Part shown: piece after piece, positions 48,901 through 58,187 of the stretch | How positions within the stretch are numbered: the stretch's first letter is position 1 | Layout: each line of letters opens with the position of its first letter | Assembly (NCBI GenBank): GCA_963749085.1 | Contig: CAVVLG010000002.1 | Coordinates: 370,085-434,084 of the forward strand | From: Candidatus Adlerbacteria bacterium | GTDB taxonomy: Bacteria; Patescibacteriota; Minisyncoccia; Phycocordibacterales; SBAW01 | Reading direction: 5' to 3' | Length of the DNA: 64,000 nt | The notes under the pieces: generated by a model | What the model saw: the letters and a program-made list of their open reading frames with translations, nothing else | Told to the model about the DNA's origin: nothing | Databases searched by the model: none | Translations under genes and position numbers: made by a program

Positions 48901-49747
48901 GAACCAATCTCAAAAATACCGTTGTAGACTAAAGGCACAGGGCGTTACCCGTAATTTGCCTGCCCATGCCTCTCACCAACGAGCAGTGGAGCGTCATCGC
49001 TCCGTTTGTCACACCCCTCAAGCGTTTGGAAACCCGCGGCCGTCCCCGGCAGGACGACCGCAAGATACTGGAAGGTATCCTCTGGGCACTGAAGACCGGC
49101 GCCCAGTGGAAGCACCTGCCGAAAGACTACCCGCCCTACCAGACCTGCCATCGCAGGTTCCAGCAGTGGGTGGAGAGCGGCGCCTTTGACCGCATCGTCG
49201 AAGCCCTGGCCATGGACATGGAATACCGGGGGCGCATCAAGCTCAGGAGCTGCTTTCTCGATGCCACCTTCGCGGGGGCAAAAAAGGGGGTCTTGGCGTG
49301 GGACCCACGAAGCGTGGGAAAGGCACCAAGATCATGGCGATTGCGGACGAAGGCTCTCTTCCAGTCGCCGTCTATGTGGCCTCTGCTTCTCCGAGCGAAG
49401 TCCGGTTGGTTGAAGACACGCTTGCCCGGCGATTTACCCGACAGAATCCGCTTCGCCTCACGGCTGACCGAGCATATGATTCCGATCCGCTGGATGGAAC
49501 GCTCCTGAACAAATACCGCATCAAACTCATTTCACCGCATCGCAGAGGCCGGGTGCGCAGAGCAACACAGGACGGCAGGGCGCTGCGCTCCTACAAGCGC
49601 CGGTGGAAGATTGAGCGGCTGTTCGCGTGGATGCACAACTGGAGAAAGCTCGTGACTCGCTACGAATACAAACTGCAGAACTTTGCCGCCTTCGTGAAGC
49701 TCGCGTGCATCATGCTATTACTCAAACATTATTTTTGAGACTGGTTC
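48901..49747 (+). mobile_element. IS5-family insertion sequence (IS427-like), copy 1, 847 bp
   Basis: TIRs GAACCAATCTCAAAAATA / TATTTTTGAGACTGGTTC; TA duplication at a CTAG target. Confidence 0.95.
48966..49738 (+). CDS. IS5 transposase, two ORFs joined by a -1 frameshift
   Basis: GRPR...TGAQWKHLP...LDAT; slippery AAAAAAG near 49280; ADRAYD...RWKIERLFAW. Confidence 0.92.
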
Positions 49748-50080
49748 TAGTACTTGTTGCGCTCACGGGCTACGGACAGGAAGAGGATAAAATAAAAGCG
49801 CAAGAGGCCGGATTCAATCATCACCTGACCAAGCCTGTTAGTATTGCAGATGTCGAAGCTATCCTCGCGAAGGATACATCCAACCCCCCCCGGCACGCGG
49901 ACGACAATTCTTTAACTAAGTAGGTCACTCTGTTCGCCCAATCCATCAATCTTTATGCCTCTCATGGGCTGCGCAGATACACGCCATACACAAAATACTA
50001 CGCTCCACTACGGGCAGCTTTTCTGATTATTGAAATAGCCTCCCCAGCCCAAACACCCAATAAGGTATACTAGTCTGCAT

Positions 50081-50575
50081 ATGCTAGAGCAATATGCATC
50101 GTTCTTCGCAGCGAGTTCGCAGGCATCGGCCGCTTTGGTCGGGCTTCTTTTTGTTGCACTTTCTATTGACGTCGACCTCGAGCGGGGATTTCGGTTCAAG
50201 CAATTTGCATTTTCTGAAACCGCGTTCATATCGCTTGGGGGTATCTTTATCATCTCACTTTTGGCGCTATTGCCCTCTGGCCTGTTGCTGATGACGGGTG
50301 CCAGTATCGTCCTTTCTGTCATCGGCATTTGGGGCTTGCTGCGGCGCACACACCCCCAGATCAAGCTGGTGCTGCTGCCAGTGGATTTTTGGCAGGTCTT
50401 TGTGACCGTCGGCGTCTATATATGGCTCGCGGGCACAAGCCTATGGTTATTGACGGTGGAAGAGTCAGTAACTTTGTTAAATATATTCTGCATGTTGCTG
50501 GGGATACTATATGTGCTTTCTCTCATACGTGCATGGCGCTCACTTCTTATCATCAAACATTATATGTCTAATTAG
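50081..50575 (+). CDS. Hypothetical multi-pass membrane protein
   Basis: FFAASSQASAALVGLLFVALS; ~5 TMs. Confidence 0.75.
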   Translation: MLEQYASFFAASSQASAALVGLLFVALSIDVDLERGFRFKQFAFSETAFISLGGIFIISLLALLPSGLLLMTGASIVLSVIGIWGLLRRTHPQIKLVLLPVDFWQVFVTVGVYIWLAGTSLWLLTVEESVTLLNIFCMLLGILYVLSLIRAWRSLLIIKHYMSN

Positions 50576-50655
50576 GGGGAGATTTACCGCTTCATATTCG
50601 CTACAGCACCCCCATAAGGATTTCTTGGGCGATTTCAATGTACCAGACTTAGGCG

Positions 50656-50763
50656 TCCCGGTCGGGGGCACTGGCATGCGCGGATATTTGAATGACGTTC
50701 GAACCGTCATTCTATAGGGGAAGACTGAGTTTAGCTATAAGCCGCTTACGCTGATGGCAAAGG
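50656..50763 (+). repeat. 108-bp imperfect direct repeat, copy 1 (probable recombinase C-terminal/att remnant)
   Basis: Aligns without gaps to 54660-54767; translates PVGGTGMRGYLNDVRTVIL. Confidence 0.85.
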
Positions 50764-50834
50764 TGACACAGCTTCGTTAAACTGTCCCGCACAGTCCAAA
50801 TAGATACTTTCGCCAGTCGTGATATACTTAAAGT

Positions 50835-51014
50835 ATGAATAAGACTCGCAAGAAAAATGTCTCTTTGAGTGACCTCTACCAGGAAGTCCGGGCCTTGCGC
50901 CGGGACGTGTCGGTGTTCATACCCACCGAGTCCCTAGACGATTACAAAAACAAAACGGAAATAGTTGCCGCACATCGCGATGCGCGAAAACAAGCTCGAG
51001 CCAGAGAGGTATAG
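50835..51014 (+). CDS. Putative antitoxin (59 aa)
   Basis: Hand-translated MNKTRKKNVSLSDLYQEVRALRRDVSVFIPTESLDDY...; 2 nt before the toxin; TATACT 6 nt before the ATG. Confidence 0.65.
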   Translation: MNKTRKKNVSLSDLYQEVRALRRDVSVFIPTESLDDYKNKTEIVAAHRDARKQARAREV

Positions 51015-51016
51015 CT

Positions 51017-51271
51017 ATGCGGATTATCCGCACACTGAAGTTTGAAAAGATGCCCGAACGGCTGCCCGCATCCGTACAAAAGGCGTACGTCGAGCAAGAA
51101 ACGATTTTGCAGGGGAATCCCAAAGATCCTCGCCTCCATTTGAAGAAATTGCAAGGGATTTATGACACCTATTCCTTCCGCATAACCCGCTCTTACCGAG
51201 CACTTTTCATTTGGGAAGTTAATACCGTCTGGCTGTTCGCCATCGGTGATCGAAAAGACATTTATCGATAG
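51017..51271 (+). CDS. RelE/ParE superfamily toxin
   Basis: NPKDPRLHLKKLQG...YSFRITRSYRALF...IGDRKDIY. Confidence 0.85.
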   Translation: MRIIRTLKFEKMPERLPASVQKAYVEQETILQGNPKDPRLHLKKLQGIYDTYSFRITRSYRALFIWEVNTVWLFAIGDRKDIYR

Positions 51272-51301
51272 AGGTTTCGATCTCACTAGAGCCGTTGATG
51301 A

Positions 51302-53167
51302 CTACTGACCCAAAACCCCTCTCGTCAATGGGCCCACATAGCCCGCTACAGGAGATATATTGTTGAGCATTTGGTACTGCATGACCGCGTTTCGCGTCAG
51401 CGGCCCGAAATAGCCGGTCACCAATGCCTCAGGATAGTAGCCATTGTTTGCCAGGTGGGTCTGAAGCGCAATCACGTCAGGGCCTTGCACCCCTTGATAT
51501 AAGTCGCGGGAAAGCATGAGGGGCGTGGTCACTGCGGCTTCCGCGGCAGGGATATCAACCTGTTCTTCGCCGGCTTGCGGGGTGACGTTAAACCGCGAGG
51601 CAGTGGTGAATCTGCCGTATTGGTCATAGGAGTAAAGCGCATAGTGATATTCGACGCCGTTTTCAACGTCAGTATCCGTAAAAGTCGTTGAGGGGCCGTC
51701 GTAAATGATATCGCCATCAATGCGCGAGAGTACTGCGTCGCTGCCTTCTTTTTTGACGATAACCGTATGGATAGTTCCGTTTTGGATGCCGGTGTCTTTG
51801 AGCCAGTCGAAGGAGACCTCCCCGTCGAGTGGCGTAACGTTGAGAAGCAGCGGATGTGAATGCACCACCGGCAGGCCGCCACCTCCCTGGGCCGCTGCCG
51901 CTTGTGCTCCTTGCTCGGCAATAGTTGCCAGGACTTCTGCACTGCTTGAAGCAGTGGGTTCGGAAGATACGGGTTCAGTCGGCGTCGAAGTACCGGAAGA
52001 CAACAATGATTCGGTGGTAAATGTCCTGTCCTTGCCGAATGCTGTGTTTCCGTCGCTGTCGGCAGCGACGATACGGAAGTGATACAAGGTCGAGGGAGTG
52101 AGAGTATTGATAGTTCGACTGTGCGACGTCTGCAACGTTTGGTCGTTTCCAAGAGATGAGCCATAGGACGTGCTCGTCCCGTATTGAATATCGGATGTCG
52201 CCGGTTCAGAAGTTGTCCACGAAATGGTTATCGTCGAGGTTGAAAGAGAACTCGTCGCCACGTTCGAGATGATCGGATATATAGGCGCAGCTTGCACTTT
52301 GAGCGTTGTGAAAGTTTCGGCGAGACTGTACGCCGTTTCGCCGGAAGAGGTTTTTGAGATGGCGCGATAATAATATTTAGTGTTCGGTGTTAATGATGAG
52401 AGAGACGCCGAATGAGATTGGGATATAGGTCCTAAGGCGGTGAGTGAGCCGTAGGTATTGGTTGGGCCGTATTCGACTTGCGAGTCGGCATCCTGGTTAG
52501 TTTGCCATGTGATAGTGGCTGTCGAGGAACTTACTTGTGACGTCTCGGTATTGGAGATTGCCAGAGCGGGCGCCGGGGGAGTCGATGAAGCAGACTCCAT
52601 GTTCTCTGTCGTTGTCGCTGCGGAAGTTGCTTCGGTTTGTGTTGTCTCGTTATTCTCCGGAGTAGAGGTTGCAGCTGTTGAAGTCGATGTCTCTTCAGCT
52701 GGCGGCTCAACTGGCTCCGATACAGGAGTCGCGAGCGTCGTGAATGTCTCATCACCTGTTATGGCCGCCGTCCCCGCGCTGTCTACGACCACGACGCGAT
52801 AGTGGTAGAGGGTCTCCGGTGTGAGATTCTCAAGGACAAATGATGGCGAGGTAGTGAACTCGCTCGTGAGCGGGGTTGAAGCGCCGTACTCCTCAGTGGT
52901 GCCATACTCGACATACCCTTGCACCATCTCATCTGAATTCACATCTATTTCTGCGCTTGTGTCGGTGATATTGGTAACAGAAATGCTTGAAATTGAGGGG
53001 CCGACCGGAGCGGGAGGGGCCATTTCTTCGGTCGGCGGCGGAGTCATTTCCTCTACAGGAGGAGCAGTATCATTGGTAGTATCCGCTGGGAGCGTTTGGG
53101 CAAGAACTGACGCGATTGGGGTAAAGAGAATGGAACAAGAGAGTACTGCGGAGAATATTTTGATCAT
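51302..53167 (-). CDS. Secreted protein with fibronectin type III repeats and C-terminal peptidoglycan-binding domain
   Basis: Signal peptide, three VEYG...LTP.T.YHYR repeats, DVIALQ...TGYFGPLTRNAV..YQ...GYVGPLT. Confidence 0.88.
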   Translation of the reverse strand: MIKIFSAVLSCSILFTPIASVLAQTLPADTTNDTAPPVEEMTPPPTEEMAPPAPVGPSISSISVTNITDTSAEIDVNSDEMVQGYVEYGTTEEYGASTPLTSEFTTSPSFVLENLTPETLYHYRVVVVDSAGTAAITGDETFTTLATPVSEPVEPPAEETSTSTAATSTPENNETTQTEATSAATTTENMESASSTPPAPALAISNTETSQVSSSTATITWQTNQDADSQVEYGPTNTYGSLTALGPISQSHSASLSSLTPNTKYYYRAISKTSSGETAYSLAETFTTLKVQAAPIYPIISNVATSSLSTSTITISWTTSEPATSDIQYGTSTSYGSSLGNDQTLQTSHSRTINTLTPSTLYHFRIVAADSDGNTAFGKDRTFTTESLLSSGTSTPTEPVSSEPTASSSAEVLATIAEQGAQAAAAQGGGGLPVVHSHPLLLNVTPLDGEVSFDWLKDTGIQNGTIHTVIVKKEGSDAVLSRIDGDIIYDGPSTTFTDTDVENGVEYHYALYSYDQYGRFTTASRFNVTPQAGEEQVDIPAAEAAVTTPLMLSRDLYQGVQGPDVIALQTHLANNGYYPEALVTGYFGPLTRNAVMQYQMLNNISPVAGYVGPLTRGVLGQ

Positions 53168-53358
53168 AATTTTGAAATCTCTTTTAAGTCTTTGTCCGGC
53201 AGGTAGAGAATAAGTAAACCGATAATAATTCCGCCAATAGCTGTCCAGATATGGCTACCGCCAAAGAGATACACATCCATTTTGTCGAGCAGATACCAAA
53301 TGCCACGCCATACCAGCACTATCCCGACCACTATTGCTATAATCCGTACAGTCTTCAT
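53164..53358 (-). CDS. Small 2-TM protein
   Basis: VWRGIWYLLD motif, two TMs. Confidence 0.7.
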   Translation of the reverse strand: MKTVRIIAIVVGIVLVWRGIWYLLDKMDVYLFGGSHIWTAIGGIIIGLLILYLPDKDLKEISKL

Positions 53359-53399
53359 AGCCGTAAGTGTAGCACTCTAATGTCTGCTACACTGCAGGT

Positions 53400-53699
53400 A
53401 TGTTGCTGAAGGAGTTTATACATTTTTTGAAAGAGTATAAGGTCGTGTCCCTAGCAGTGGCTTTTATCATGGGTACGGCAGCTACTAACTTGGTTGACTC
53501 TTTGGTAAAGAATATATTCCTTCCTTTGCTGGCACCACTCCAAGCGGCGGAGACTTGGGATAAAGCGGTGCTCTCTATAGGACCGGTCACACTAACCTAT
53601 GGAGCGTTCCTCGACGAGCTTATTAATTTTATTATCCTCGGCTTCCTGGTGTTCCTGTTGGCGCGAAAGCTGCTCACCATGGAAAAGGAAGGAAAATAA
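53400..53699 (+). CDS. mscL: MscL family mechanosensitive channel
   Basis: LKEF..FL...VVSLAVAFIMG...YGAFL..LINFII. Confidence 0.85.
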   Translation: MLLKEFIHFLKEYKVVSLAVAFIMGTAATNLVDSLVKNIFLPLLAPLQAAETWDKAVLSIGPVTLTYGAFLDELINFIILGFLVFLLARKLLTMEKEGK

Positions 53700-53702
53700 T
53701 CT

Positions 53703-54347
53703 ATGACATTTCTTTTTGAAACGAGGCCTTTCAGTGAGGAGAGCAAGCGCGCAGCGGTGGACAAGCTGCTTGAAGCGGCCTTGCCTGATAGAGACTTTTA
53801 TTTATTGGTCATCGGCGCGGCGCTCTTTGCGCTTGGCGGCATCGCTTTGGACAGTATTCCGGTCCTTATCGGTGCCATGATAGTGGCTCCACTTGCCGCA
53901 CCCATCTTGGCGCTGGGACTTGGCATTGCGACGGGCGATTGGTATCTTGCTGTGCGTTCGGTCATAACCTTGATAGCGGCATCGCTTGCCGCGGCGATCG
54001 TGGCAGCGATAGCGGCACACCTGCTTCCGCCGTTTAGCATAGATGGTACCTTTATATCCTTTGTGGCACACCCTCTGTATGACGCTGCTATCGCCTTTAT
54101 AGCCGGTGCCATAGCTGCATATGGCTATGTGCGGGCAAAAGCAGGCGGAGCATTGACTGGAATCGGCGTTGCGGTATCACTTATGCCACCTTTGGTTGCC
54201 AGTGCGCTTGCGTTTGGCACGCTTGATGTGCCGCTCCTGAAGGAATCATCGCTTATCTTTATATTGAACGTAGTGGGTATACTCGTAGGTTCTATACTCG
54301 TCTTTTCCCTATTCGGGATGCACGCGTATTACGAAAGGAAATCCTAG
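53703..54347 (+). CDS. DUF389 membrane protein
   Basis: DSIPVLIGAMIVAPL, GIGVAVSLMPPL. Confidence 0.85.
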   Translation: MTFLFETRPFSEESKRAAVDKLLEAALPDRDFYLLVIGAALFALGGIALDSIPVLIGAMIVAPLAAPILALGLGIATGDWYLAVRSVITLIAASLAAAIVAAIAAHLLPPFSIDGTFISFVAHPLYDAAIAFIAGAIAAYGYVRAKAGGALTGIGVAVSLMPPLVASALAFGTLDVPLLKESSLIFILNVVGILVGSILVFSLFGMHAYYERKS

Positions 54348-54353
54348 CCGCTT

Positions 54354-54497
54354 TTATTTAAAAAGAAAAAGATAGAGGGACAGGAGCACCAGCACAATAA
54401 GTGAGGTTTGCATCACGAGTGCAGAATCCCACAGCGATACACCGAACACGATTACTGCGCCGATAAGCGGGAGCACTCCTGTGGTGATGTTTTTCAT
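54354..54497 (-). CDS. Small hydrophobic protein (47 aa)
   Basis: Hand-translated MKNITTGVLPLIGAVIVFGVSLWDSALVMQTSLIVLVLLSLYLFLFK; TATACT 7 nt before the ATG. Confidence 0.5.
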   Translation of the reverse strand: MKNITTGVLPLIGAVIVFGVSLWDSALVMQTSLIVLVLLSLYLFLFK

Positions 54498-54556
54498 ACA
54501 GCTAAGTATATCAGGTTATTTTTAGAGCTCGTACTCATCTTCTTCTATCTTATGAC

Positions 54557-54573
54557 GGCGCTAGGGATCGAAC
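54557..54573 (-). repeat. tRNA-Ile 3' fragment (att remnant)
   Basis: GGCGCTAGGGATCGAAC is identical to 57956-57972. Confidence 0.8.
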
Positions 54574-54659
54574 TAAGAAAACGCTTTCGTTGAGCCATAA
54601 AAAATTTTGAGCAAAAAAGGGCGAACTGGACATGTCCAAAAAATGGCTCTGTTGAGCCA

Positions 54660-54767
54660 TCCCGGTCGGGGGCACCGGCGTGTGCGGATATTTGAATGAC
54701 GTCCGAACCATCATTCTACGGGGAAAAACTGAGTTTGGGTATAAACCACTTACGTTAATGGCGAAGG
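54660..54767 (+). repeat. 108-bp imperfect direct repeat, copy 2
   Basis: Matches 50656-50763; translates PVGGTGVCGYLNDVRTIILRGKTEFGYKPLTLMAK. Confidence 0.85.
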
Positions 54768-54810
54768 CAGTGCAGGGTGATTGAGTCTACCCAGCCAGAT
54801 TTTGTTGAAA

Positions 54811-55041
54811 TCAACTTAACCACTCTCCTTCAGGTATGCCTGACTGTTTGATTATCGAGCTTAATGTCTTAGGGTGGATGGTATCAGATCCATGATATTG
54901 CACATGGGTCATGCGTAGCTGTCCATCCTTGAATCCCCGAAAATAATGGTGGCTTCCCCGAATGTGATGGGGAACGAAACTATTCGCCTTTAGAAATTTC
55001 TCTACATCCTTGAAGGTCCAGTTTGATTTACCTCTAGGCAT
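54811..55041 (-). CDS. hicA: HicA family toxin
   Basis: KFLKANSF...RGSHH...IHPKTLSSIIKQSGI. Confidence 0.9.
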   Translation of the reverse strand: MPRGKSNWTFKDVEKFLKANSFVPHHIRGSHHYFRGFKDGQLRMTHVQYHGSDTIHPKTLSSIIKQSGIPEGEWLS

Positions 55042-55386
55042 TTACACAGTGGCAAGACTTGCAACACCCGCTTTGTAGATGCCCGAAAGCGGGGATAGAA
55101 CGTTCCCCTTGTCTTTTACTGCTTGTGTTTGTGTGGCGGATGCCCACTTTGATTCATATTCCTCCTCCACGTCCTGATTGAGAATTGAATTGACCTGTTG
55201 CGGACGAAAACCTTTCAATTCCCTTGCTGACTCAAGGTATCCCTGCACAGCCTCCTGCAGTTCAAATTCAACTATTTTCGGGTCAATCCCCGTGACCACG
55301 ATGTTGAATTCAAGCGCCACGCCCACCCAGGAGTCGCCATCCTTAAAGATCATCCAACGGTATACACCACTTTTTGCCGTATTCAT
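55042..55386 (-). CDS. HicB-like antitoxin
   Basis: IFKDGDSWVGVALEFNIVVTG...ELQEAVQGYL; adjacent to hicA. Confidence 0.75.
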   Translation of the reverse strand: MNTAKSGVYRWMIFKDGDSWVGVALEFNIVVTGIDPKIVEFELQEAVQGYLESARELKGFRPQQVNSILNQDVEEEYESKWASATQTQAVKDKGNVLSPLSGIYKAGVASLATV

Positions 55387-55603
55387 GGGATCAGTCTACC
55401 ACAAACGAGCCCCTCCCGTGAAGGAGGGGCTCTCGGAGGCCGAAGCCACTTGTAGTCAGACGGTACACCTTGGCAGATGAAAAGCAAGTGTATCCAGGGT
55501 TGCCACAATCGAGAGAGAAAGCCGGTCGTCTGCGAGATGAATCTCACAAATCGACCGGTCTTTTTGCCGTGCGTCTCAACTCTATCATTTCCCCCAATGA
55601 GGC

Positions 55604-55813
55604 TTAGATGCGGATCATTCTTCCGGGACGGCGGATGGCGTACGCAGGTGGCTTGGGGTGTCGGTGTAGCGGATAGCGAAGCATTTTGTAGACGTCAAAA
55701 ATTCTTTTGAATTCTTTTTTCACGCCAGTGAAGGTCTTTGCCTGCACGGCGATATCGCGTTCGATGCATTGACCGACCCACCATCTGGATTCGCGAAAGA
55801 CGATTGCGCGCAT
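55604..55813 (-). CDS. Orphan HicB-like protein
   Basis: MRAIVFRESRWWVGQCIERDIAVQA. Confidence 0.55.
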   Translation of the reverse strand: MRAIVFRESRWWVGQCIERDIAVQAKTFTGVKKEFKRIFDVYKMLRYPLHRHPKPPAYAIRRPGRMIRI

Positions 55814-55814
55814 A

Positions 55815-56051
55815 TCACGACCCATTTTCGATAGAGTTGACGATGTTATAACCAGGCCAATTGGATTTGCCGTCCTCTTTAAACCACCACACTGAGGACA
55901 TAAGGCCTCCTTGCGTTGACGTGTCAACGCCGATTCTTCGGATGATCCGCGTGCAGTCTGGAAAGTTCGGTGTGCCTTTTGGGTGTGCCTCTACTAGTTC
56001 ACATGGTTCCCCGTTTTCAAACTGGATTGACTTTGTCCAATCGAGTGGCAT
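55815..56051 (-). CDS. Hypothetical (phage-like) protein
   Basis: 78-aa ORF preceded by GGAGG. Confidence 0.55.
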   Translation of the reverse strand: MPLDWTKSIQFENGEPCELVEAHPKGTPNFPDCTRIIRRIGVDTSTQGGLMSSVWWFKEDGKSNWPGYNIVNSIENGS

Positions 56052-56192
56052 GGTTCTCCTCCAAAGTGTTGGTTGCTTCTAAAGAAAATATACCATGGTC
56101 AGATTAAATTCTTGTCCCCTGGTTGCACAGGGTCGCGGGAAAATCCCGAATGTAGTTCCAGTATAGCATTAAGGATTTAACCATCAAAAAAC

Positions 56193-56393
56193 ACCACGAT
56201 GAGATACGCTCACTTAGCCCCCTCAACGCTTCGAGCCGCCATCAACCAGTTGAACCCGAAAGCAATGATTTCTGGAAGTTTTGGGCAACCGGTGGTCAAC
56301 CGATGGATTGAGACAGTGCAACAAGAAACAAAAAATCCTTTACCTGCAACGCAAAATTTACAAAAAAATTTGTGCGGGCGCTAGGATCGAACC
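56193..56393 (+). repeat. Duplicated tyrosine integrase C-terminus plus tRNA-Ile 3' fragment
   Basis: Imperfect repeat of 57772-57973: TTMRYAHLAPSTLRAAI... ending TGCGGGCGCTAGGATCGAACC. Confidence 0.9.
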
Positions 56394-56736
56394 CAGTCGC
56401 AACAATTCTGAAGAAGCGCCAATCGAGCAAGAGAAATAAGGATTAATGGCTTAAACTAAAGGATTACTGACAAAATGTAAGATTACCAATCGTACTCACT
56501 AACTACCAAGTTTAACCAACTTTTATCACTTTTTGGGCAACCCGTGGGCAACCGCGGAATTATCAAAAAGGAACAGTACAGGGGGAAAAGTGATAAAGAT
56601 TGTGTGGAAAACACTGCTAGGCGGTGGTTTTTATGCTGTGTGTTTTTTACCGGCTTTGGTGGGTGACTAAGTGAACACTCTCTCAAGGGAAATCCGCCGT
56701 TCTGCTACGTTAAAGAGAGTTTCGGCCACAACCGAA

Positions 56737-57006
56737 TCAAAACTTCAATTTATATATCCAGTCGTGCGGACCGATGGTGAGAAAGAGCGCCGTATTGCCG
56801 TCGATAAAGCGTAGCGCGATGCGGTAGCTCCTGTCGACACGGATACTCCAAATCTCCTTGCTCTTGGGTTCAAGCTTCTCGGTGTGGAGCGACGGATAAA
56901 AGGGATTTGTGCGGAACAAAGCTTCCTGCTTCTCGGCCTTCTTTTGAACAGCTGTAGGTAGTTTGAGATACCGCTTTCGGAACTCATCCGTTACCACCAC
57001 GTCCAT
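56737..57006 (-). CDS. RelE/ParE superfamily toxin
   Basis: NPFYPSLHTEKL...WSIRVDRSYRI...IGPHD. Confidence 0.85.
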   Translation of the reverse strand: MDVVVTDEFRKRYLKLPTAVQKKAEKQEALFRTNPFYPSLHTEKLEPKSKEIWSIRVDRSYRIALRFIDGNTALFLTIGPHDWIYKLKF

Positions 57007-57015
57007 AAACAGCGA

Positions 57016-57222
57016 CTATTTTCGCCTAAGCTCGCGCAGCGAGGTGACTGTATATACCCGCCCGGCGCGGTAGTCCCGCTCGGCCCGCTCGATACTGCGC
57101 AGAAAATCAGGATTGTAGAACCCGAGGTTGGAGGCAAGACGCTCCAGCCGATCGGCGTCGAGCTCCACTAGCACCTTCTTCCCCTTCGATCCAGGGCGGA
57201 TAGTTATCATCGTCTTGCTCAT
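57016..57222 (-). CDS. Putative antitoxin
   Basis: NPDFLRSIERAERDYRAGRV...SLREL; directly upstream of the toxin. Confidence 0.75.
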   Translation of the reverse strand: MSKTMITIRPGSKGKKVLVELDADRLERLASNLGFYNPDFLRSIERAERDYRAGRVYTVTSLRELRRK

Positions 57223-57270
57223 AGAGCTAGTATAGCATAGTCCCCTTGTACGGTCATTTTTACGCGTACC

Positions 57271-57921
57271 TGGCTCAAATGTCCTCCACCGAAAACCGAT
57301 TATCTGTCGAAAGACGAATGCGGATTACTGCTATCTCATGCACGCGGCGTCGTATACGAGATGCTACTACTCGCCCTCCGCACGGGCATGAGGCGCGGTG
57401 AAATTATCGGCCTGCAGTGGTCATCCGTTGATTGGCAGACCCAGAACATCACGGTGCGGCATTCATATTGCGAGTACACGAAAGAGTTAGGCTCAACGAA
57501 AAGCAACCGCGAACGGCATATCCCTATGGACGCGGACGTATACGCAGTCCTCTTCAACAGAAAGCGCGACACGGGCTATGTATTCGTGGACGCAGATAAT
57601 AAGCACTTCAATGGCAGATATCTTGAGCGTCGACTAAAAGAACTCTGTAACCAAGTTGGATTGCGCAATATCGGATGGCATACGCTGCGACACACGTTTG
57701 CTTCGCACTTAGCGATGAGTGGAGTACCGCTCAACGCCGTGCAAGCACTCCTAGGTCACTCCGCCATCACTACCACGATGCGATACGCGCACTTAGCACC
57801 CTCAACGCTTCGAGCCGCTATCGACCAGCTGAACCCAAAATCAATGATTACTGACAGTTTTGGGCAACCGGTGGGCAACCAGTGGGTTGAGACATTGCAG
57901 CAAAAAACAAAAAATCCATAA
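57271..57921 (+). pseudogene. Tyrosine integrase, catalytic domain only (N-terminus missing)
   Basis: YLSKDE, TGMRRGE, HTLRHTFAS, LLGH, TMRY; in-frame stop at 57238 upstream, no core-binding domain. Confidence 0.85.
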
Positions 57922-57951
57922 CGTGCAACACAAAATCGACAAAAAAATTTG

Positions 57952-58024
57952 TGCGGGCGCTAGGGATCGAACCTAGGACCTTTCGAGTATCAGTCGAATG
58001 CTCTACCAACTGAGCTACACCCGC
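57952..58024 (-). tRNA. tRNA-Ile(GAT)
   Basis: GCGGGTG TAGCTCAGTTGGTAGAGC, anticodon arm TTCGA-CTGATAC-TCGAA, GGTTCGATCC; CCA not encoded. Confidence 0.96.
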
Positions 58025-58187
58025 AGTTTCGAAACTATATCAAAGGAAAAGTGCCTTTACCAGTTATCCACACATTTCTCAAATTCGGCTAAAAAACCCT
58101 TGCACTCTGAGCTGAGGGGGGTATAGTAAAAAAGTTTTCTGAGGATTGTCCTCAAATTTTGTCAGTAACTAACAATGCACATCAGAG

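Larger units (their letters stand above)
46996..49923 (+). pseudogene. MASE1 hybrid histidine kinase-receiver interrupted by IS5
   Basis: MASE1-like TMs, LAHELRNPL, NAAKYT, DNGVGI, GLGIGL, LLDIELP. Removing the IS restores ...GYNSL-VLVALTGYGQEED...HLTKPV. Confidence 0.9.
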
